A stretch of 64,000 nt of DNA from contig JBNJDV010000003.1 of NCBI GenBank assembly GCA_051745185.1, forward strand, positions 441 through 64,440, read 5' to 3'. Shown piece by piece: positions 59,078 through 64,000 of this stretch. Position 1 is the first letter of the stretch. Every line of letters starts with the position of its first letter. Under the pieces are notes generated by a model. It had not been told where the DNA came from. It made no database searches and saw only the letters and a program-made list of their open reading frames with translations. Made by a program: the position numbers and the translations under genes. The DNA is from Bacillota bacterium (GTDB taxonomy: Bacteria; Bacillota; Halanaerobiia; Halanaerobiales; M55B127).

Positions 59078-60010
59078 CTACGGGGTAATTCTTGTTCCTG
59101 CATTACCATGAACAGCTTCTATTACTTTTTCAATTGAAGTAATAATAGCTTGGTCTCCACCACTTTTTACAAAATCTACAGCAGCTTGAACTTTTGGTTT
59201 CATACTACCTTCACCAAAATGACCTTGGTCAATATGTTCTTGCATATCTGCAACACTTATTTCACCTATAGCTTCTTCATCTTCTTTGCCATAGTTAATA
59301 TATGCATTAGAAACATCTGTAAGAACTAAAAATACATCTGATTCGATTTCTTGAGCTAAAAGACATCCAGCTCTATCTTTATCAATTACAGCTTCTACAC
59401 CATGAATCTTATTATTTTCTTCAACAACTGGGATTCCTCCACCACCAGATGCTATGACAGTTTCTCCATTTTTTACTAAATCATTAATAATTGGAGCTTC
59501 AACGATTCTTTCAGGAATTGGTGAGGGAACAACCTTTCTCCACCCTCTACCACTATCTTCTATCCAATTTTCATTTTTTTCTTCTACCATTTTATCTGCA
59601 TAGTCCTTATCATAGAAAGGTCCTACAGGTTTTGTAGGATTATCAAAAGCACTATCTTCTTTATTTACTAAAACTTGAGTTACAACAGTTGCTACATTTC
59701 GGTCTAGTCCCAATTCAACAAACACGTTATGCAAACTATTTTGTAACATATAGCCTATAAAACCTTGAGTTTGTGATCCACAAACATCAAGAGGCATAGC
59801 TGGTACAGAATCTTTTGCTCTATCTTGTTGTATTAATATATTTCCAACCTGTGGGCCATTACCGTGTGTTATAACTATTTCATGACCATCTTTTACTAAT
59901 TGACCAATTTGTTCACTGGTTGATAAAACATTTGTAAACTGTTCTTCAGCTGTGCCATCTTGGCCCGGTTGTAATATTGCATTACCACCTAATGCGATAG
60001 TTAATTTCAT
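59078..60010 (-). CDS. arcC: Carbamate kinase
   Basis: 310 aa with IALGGNAIL, THGNGPQVG and GGGGIPV. Confidence 0.9.
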   Translation of the reverse strand: MKLTIALGGNAILQPGQDGTAEEQFTNVLSTSEQIGQLVKDGHEIVITHGNGPQVGNILIQQDRAKDSVPAMPLDVCGSQTQGFIGYMLQNSLHNVFVELGLDRNVATVVTQVLVNKEDSAFDNPTKPVGPFYDKDYADKMVEEKNENWIEDSGRGWRKVVPSPIPERIVEAPIINDLVKNGETVIASGGGGIPVVEENNKIHGVEAVIDKDRAGCLLAQEIESDVFLVLTDVSNAYINYGKEDEEAIGEISVADMQEHIDQGHFGEGSMKPKVQAAVDFVKSGGDQAIITSIEKVIEAVHGNAGTRITP

Positions 60011-60049
60011 TATTATACCTCCATTTATTATATATTAAAAAGAAATAAA

Positions 60050-60076
60050 GGAACCCTGCAATTAATGCAGGATTCC
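60050..60076 (-). terminator. Intra-operon hairpin with a U-rich tail between the cyclase gene and arcC
   Basis: Minus RNA GGAAUCCUGCA-UUAAU-UGCAGGGUUCC (one G-U pair) followed by UUUAUUUCUUUUU. Confidence 0.6.
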
Positions 60077-60088
60077 ATATTTTTTTAT

Positions 60089-60841
60089 TTACTCAACAAA
60101 TGCTACACAACGTCCAATACTGGACTCTAAATCTACACCTTTCCATGGGAAAAATCCAACTTTAACTCTTTGGTTGAGAATCTTATCAATTTCTCCACCA
60201 AGATTTTCTGCATGGATAATTCCTTCAGGGAACAGTTTAGTATGCATAAGTTGTCTGCTCTCTGGATGTGTAAATATTTCATCTAAAGGTTTTCCTAAGT
60301 GTTCTTCTGCTTCTTTTGCAAGATCAGGTCTTAACTTTTTAATTACAGTATTCATTGGATGATCTGCAGAACCACAGTCAACACCAATCCACTTAAGTTT
60401 CTTTTCCATAGCCCATTCAGCAAATTCATAGTTAGGACCAGGATGTTTCATGAAATATCTTTCTTCATCTGCTTCTGGTTGATCCCATCCATACTTGTGG
60501 TAACCAGTATTTATAATAAGGATATCGTTTTCTTTAACTTCTACTCTTTCTTCAATCATTTCAGAAGTATAGAGGTCATAATCTCCAACAGCGTCACTTA
60601 TGTCAACTACAACAGCATCTCCATAAAGATCTTCTAGAGGAATGCTAGCCATATCTCTACCTGCTGTCCAGAAGTGTCTTTCACCATCTAAGTGAGTACC
60701 AATATGATTACTGGTTTTAATAATTTGACCATTAACTCTTTCAGTTGAAAGACGTTTGAAATACTTCATTTCTAAAGGTTCATAAGTCGGCCACGGTGGA
60801 GTGGAAACACCAATATTCTGAGTTAAATCATATAATTTCAT
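60089..60841 (-). CDS. Cyclase-family (kynurenine-formamidase-like) metal-dependent hydrolase
   Basis: 250 aa. HIGTHLDGERHF matches the HxGTHxDxxxH cyclase/KynB signature, and a distal DH (SADHPM) is present. Confidence 0.7.
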   Translation of the reverse strand: MKLYDLTQNIGVSTPPWPTYEPLEMKYFKRLSTERVNGQIIKTSNHIGTHLDGERHFWTAGRDMASIPLEDLYGDAVVVDISDAVGDYDLYTSEMIEERVEVKENDILIINTGYHKYGWDQPEADEERYFMKHPGPNYEFAEWAMEKKLKWIGVDCGSADHPMNTVIKKLRPDLAKEAEEHLGKPLDEIFTHPESRQLMHTKLFPEGIIHAENLGGEIDKILNQRVKVGFFPWKGVDLESSIGRCVAFVE

Positions 60842-60856
60842 TAAAAATCTCTCCTT

Positions 60857-62281
60857 TTATTTGTTATATTTTTGGGCAAATGCCCTAATTGCCTTTTTGA
60901 AGCATGCTACCGGTGGGTCAACCAACCCTGCTCCAATTTGTCCGATACCAGGTTCTTTATGTGCAATACCAGTATTAATTGCTGGCAAGATACCTGTTTC
61001 AATGATCTTTAAAAGATCAATACCGGTTGGAGTTCCTCTAAAGTTAAGAGGTGGAATGGTAAAGTTAGCATTTTCATCAAGTGTGATTTCATACATGTCT
61101 TTTGTAAATCTAATTGAATCTGCAACTGTACCACCAACAAATCCTACGATTGCTGGTGCAGCAGCCATTGCAAAGCCACCAACAGCAGCAGTTTCTGAAA
61201 TTGTACTGTCTCCAAGATCTAAACAAGCGTCTTCTTCAGTATAACCTGGGAAGTACAGTCCGTCAACTTTTTGAGCATCTCCTACGAACCATTCATCACC
61301 TAAACCACTGACTCTGATTCCAAAGTGAACACCATTTCTTGCCATAGCAGTTAATACAGTACTGTATTCAACACCATGAGCTGCGTCCATTGTAGCTTTA
61401 GATGCCGGCATAGATAAGTTTAGATAGAAGTGTTCATTTCCACCCATAAACTTAATTATCTCTTTAATTTCGGCATTTGTATAATCTGTATCTAATAGAA
61501 ATGGTATAATCTCTCTCATAAACAATGAAGTAGCAGCTTTATTTCTATTGTGCACTTCATCACCCATGTGTAAGGCCTGTGATGTGATATTCTTTAGGTT
61601 TATACCTTCTTCAGTCTTTCTCAAAGCTGCACCTAAAGCAGGTCCTAATTTTTCTTCCATCCATTTAAGTTTTTCAATAACTTCAGGACCATTAGCACCA
61701 AATCTTAGTACTTTTCCTAGACCTTCATTTAAGGTTGTAAATGCCTTGTTTCCATAAGTCTTGTTCTCAACTACCCATACAGGCATAGATGGAGAAACAA
61801 TACCAGTCATAGGTCCAACAGCATTATGATGGTGTGCTGGATCAAATGTTACTTCACCAGCATCAAGCATTTCTTTTGCTGATTCTTCATCATCTGCCCA
61901 ACCTTCATATATACATGCACCAATTGCAGCACCCTGCATTGGGCCTGACATATCTTCCCATTTTTCAGGTGGTGCAGCATGTAAAATCATTTTTCCTTCG
62001 AAGTTAGGTAATGCATCTTTTGCAGTTTGAACATCTACTAAAACTGGTTCACTTTTTTGAATTCTTTCAACTGCTTCCTTATTTGCTTCATCTATTTTAT
62101 CACTTAATTTTTCTATTTGATCTAACAATTTGATCATTTCAGTATCTCCACCTGCTGGTGGTTTATAATCAACTTGAATTGCGTCATATCCTTCATTCTT
62201 TAGATTTTCGGCAAAAGATTCTAGACCAATATTTATTACTTTTAACTCTTCTTTAAATAAATCTTCTAGTTTCTTAGTCAT
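60857..62281 (-). CDS. ylbE: DUF1116 protein (YlbE/AllG-like)
   Basis: 474 aa. The N-terminus VINIGLESFAENLKNEGYDAIQVDYKPPAGGD resembles YlbE-family N-termini as I recall them. Adjacent to fdrA, as in E. coli. Confidence 0.65.
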   Translation of the reverse strand: MTKKLEDLFKEELKVINIGLESFAENLKNEGYDAIQVDYKPPAGGDTEMIKLLDQIEKLSDKIDEANKEAVERIQKSEPVLVDVQTAKDALPNFEGKMILHAAPPEKWEDMSGPMQGAAIGACIYEGWADDEESAKEMLDAGEVTFDPAHHHNAVGPMTGIVSPSMPVWVVENKTYGNKAFTTLNEGLGKVLRFGANGPEVIEKLKWMEEKLGPALGAALRKTEEGINLKNITSQALHMGDEVHNRNKAATSLFMREIIPFLLDTDYTNAEIKEIIKFMGGNEHFYLNLSMPASKATMDAAHGVEYSTVLTAMARNGVHFGIRVSGLGDEWFVGDAQKVDGLYFPGYTEEDACLDLGDSTISETAAVGGFAMAAAPAIVGFVGGTVADSIRFTKDMYEITLDENANFTIPPLNFRGTPTGIDLLKIIETGILPAINTGIAHKEPGIGQIGAGLVDPPVACFKKAIRAFAQKYNK

Positions 62282-62295
62282 ATTATCTCTCCCCC

Positions 62296-63849
62296 TTAAT
62301 TAAGATCACTTAACATTTTGCTTACTACGCGCACAGCCTGAACATTTGTGGGGAGTACTTTAGCTCCAACCTGACGTAATTTTTCTTCCTGTGCTTGAAG
62401 ATTTTGCGGATCATTTTCAGTCCCACATACTGAAGTTATTACTGATAAATATCCACCACGTTCAGCTACTATTTCTTTTGCTTCTTTAATAGCTTTAGCA
62501 GCTTCTCCAGCTGGGTCCATATGTGATCCATAACCTAGTACTATATCCATAAGCACTACAGCAACTTCTTTATCTTCAACTTCTTCAAGAAGTCTATCAT
62601 TTCTCAATGATGGTTCAATCATTGGATGTGGTTTACCTCTTGTAAAGTCATCTTCACCCAAGTCAATAACTGTATTTTTAATACTCTTAAGGTCTTCTTT
62701 TAATCCTAATTCATCTTTTAATGGAATATTTGAATACATTTCACCATAATTTTCAGTAAGAAGGATTACAGCTTCACTACATAATGTTCCACCTGTAAAT
62801 AGACCCCTTAAGTATTTCTGGTCTTTATTCATATTAGCTGTTTCTTCAGCAGCAATTTCATTAACTTCATTTTCAGTTAATCCAGCTGAACTAACTTCTT
62901 CTTCACCTTTAATAAAGGCTGCAGCTTTTAAAGCAGCATCTTCTAGATTATCTGACCATATTGCATCAGTACCTTCAATTACTGAAGGATCTCCACCTAA
63001 GAAGTTAACAATAACTGGTTTTTTCATTTTTTTAACTTCTTCCATGATCTTTTCACTTACTTCTTTTGCTGGTGGTTTTGAAACTAATACAATAACTTCT
63101 GTATTTTCGTCTCTATCTAGGGCTTTCATATCTTTAATCATTTCAATACCTTTTACTTTAGACTTAAGGTCACGGCCACCAGTACCTATTACCTGAGTAA
63201 GACCTACACCTTGTCTGTCTACTAAGCTTGATACTGCTTGTGCACCAGTACCTGATGCAGCAACAATGCCAACTGGCCCTCTGCTAACTACATTAGCAAA
63301 AGCAAGTGGAGCACCGTTAATTATTGATGTACCACAATCTGGACCCATTAGTAGTAGTTCTTTTTCAACTGCCATTTGCTTTAATTCAATCTCATCTTCA
63401 ACTGGAACATTATCACTAAACAGCATAACATGCAGTCCACGTTTTAAAGCTTTTCTAGCTTCACGGGCTGCATACTCTCCAGGTACAGATATAATTACTA
63501 AGTTAGAATCTGGTTGTACATCAATTGCTCCATCTAAGGAACCAGGATTATACTCTTCTTCATCATCTGAAGAAGATTTCTTTTCTGCTAACATATTATT
63601 TGTTTCTTCAATTGCATCGTCCAATACTTCATCATCACCTTCAACTACTATTACCAAATCATTAGCATTTGCAGCTTCTGCCTCTGGCACTAGTAAATCT
63701 GCGGTTTTTAATATCTCCTTATTAGCGTCAGTACCCATTACAATTGTAGCTTCTGTAACACCATCAATTGCCTTAATATCTTTTGAAATTGACATTAAAG
63801 AAACTGAGTCAAAATAGGTACCTTCTTTAATTAGAGCTTTTTTAGCCAT
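62296..63849 (-). CDS. fdrA: FdrA-family protein (succinyl-CoA-synthetase-alpha-like, AllF-like)
   Basis: 517 aa. N-terminal IKEGTYFDSVSLMSISK...VMGTDANKEIL and the CoA-ligase-like core GPDCGTSIINGAPLAFAN...GIVAASGTG. Confidence 0.8.
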   Translation of the reverse strand: MAKKALIKEGTYFDSVSLMSISKDIKAIDGVTEATIVMGTDANKEILKTADLLVPEAEAANANDLVIVVEGDDEVLDDAIEETNNMLAEKKSSSDDEEEYNPGSLDGAIDVQPDSNLVIISVPGEYAAREARKALKRGLHVMLFSDNVPVEDEIELKQMAVEKELLLMGPDCGTSIINGAPLAFANVVSRGPVGIVAASGTGAQAVSSLVDRQGVGLTQVIGTGGRDLKSKVKGIEMIKDMKALDRDENTEVIVLVSKPPAKEVSEKIMEEVKKMKKPVIVNFLGGDPSVIEGTDAIWSDNLEDAALKAAAFIKGEEEVSSAGLTENEVNEIAAEETANMNKDQKYLRGLFTGGTLCSEAVILLTENYGEMYSNIPLKDELGLKEDLKSIKNTVIDLGEDDFTRGKPHPMIEPSLRNDRLLEEVEDKEVAVVLMDIVLGYGSHMDPAGEAAKAIKEAKEIVAERGGYLSVITSVCGTENDPQNLQAQEEKLRQVGAKVLPTNVQAVRVVSKMLSDLN

Positions 63850-63869
63850 ATTAACAACTCCTTTTTAAA

Positions 63870-63911
63870 AAATCCCCACCCCAAATTATTATAAATTTAA
63901 AGTGGGGATTT
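63870..63911 (-). promoter_or_regulatory. 18-bp-arm palindrome abutting the fdrA ribosome-binding site (terminator, attenuator or operator)
   Basis: Minus RNA AAAUCCCCACUUUAAAUU-UAUAAU-AAUUUGGGGUGGGGAUUU forms 18 bp including 3 G-U pairs. It is followed by UUU and then AAAAAGGAG-N8-ATG. The 6-nt loop is a perfect TATAAT. Confidence 0.55.
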
Positions 63912-64000
63912 ATATTACCCTTTTCCATCTAAATTAATCTATTTACTATTTTAAACTAAATATTTACTCCTTCTGGCATAACTAAGTTAGCATTTTTTTC

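Noticed and set aside
63266-63817. A 183-aa + strand ORF, the longest antisense ORF in the window.
   Set aside because: It lies entirely antisense to the well-supported fdrA gene. Its Ser/Thr/Ala-rich low-complexity product has no SD and no family features. It is a typical shadow ORF of a GAA/GCA-rich coding strand.
63956-64000. A possible 3' end of another minus-strand gene (...EKNANLVMPEGVNI, stop at 63956-63958).
   Set aside because: Only 14 codons are visible. The frame is open and the other two minus-strand frames contain stops, but this is too short to call a feature or a product.

Overview
The window is visibly AT-rich (roughly 30% GC by eye, not computed) and tightly packed. I call 58 protein-coding genes, and all of them are on the minus strand. 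It is a conserved Firmicutes-type core chromosome segment. It carries polC and codY, and the gene order resembles Bacillus subtilis, read in the direction of transcription from high to low coordinates: aro genes, cmk, plsC, ispH-S1, der, plsY, gpsA ... topA, hslVU, codY, rpsB, tsf, pyrH, frr, uppS, cdsA, dxr, rseP, ispG, proS, polC, rimP, nusA, infB, rbfA, nrnA, truB, ribF, rpsO, pnp, nfo, dinG, dut, ahcY, thrB, thrC. The proteins are very acidic and the DNA is low-GC, which suggests a halophilic anaerobe such as a member of the Halanaerobiales; this is inference only. I found no rRNA, tRNA, CRISPR array, transposase, integrase, or recognisable defence or mobile system, so I do not claim an accessory island. 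The ORF track takes the longest ATG/GTG/TTG start, which over-extends several N-termini. I re-set nine starts using Shine-Dalgarno spacing and family N-termini: rpsO, infB, tsf, rpsB, hslU, the DUF512 gene, ispH-S1, acpP and fabG. One gene absent from the track, thrC, runs off the left edge and was recovered by hand translation.

The items most worth a second look are:
- At the right end, an operon of fdrA, a DUF1116 (ylbE-like) gene, a cyclase-family hydrolase and carbamate kinase, followed by a three-subunit molybdenum hydroxylase. A cyclase-fold protein sits where the E. coli cluster has the DUF2877 subunit.
- A RadC-type JAB/JAMM domain fused to an XPD/DinG Fe-S helicase, with its start overlapping the nfo stop.
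- A fusion of a P-loop NTPase and an Asp23 domain that heads a truncated fabG-acpP-rnc operon.
- A cyclic-2,3-diphosphoglycerate-synthetase-like (COG2403) gene and a class II photolyase inserted into otherwise conserved synteny.
- An IspH-S1 fusion whose linker is a 3 x 51-bp acidic tandem repeat.
- A 64-aa orphan ORF translationally coupled to frr.
- Several hairpins that abut ribosome-binding sites and may act as attenuators or operators.
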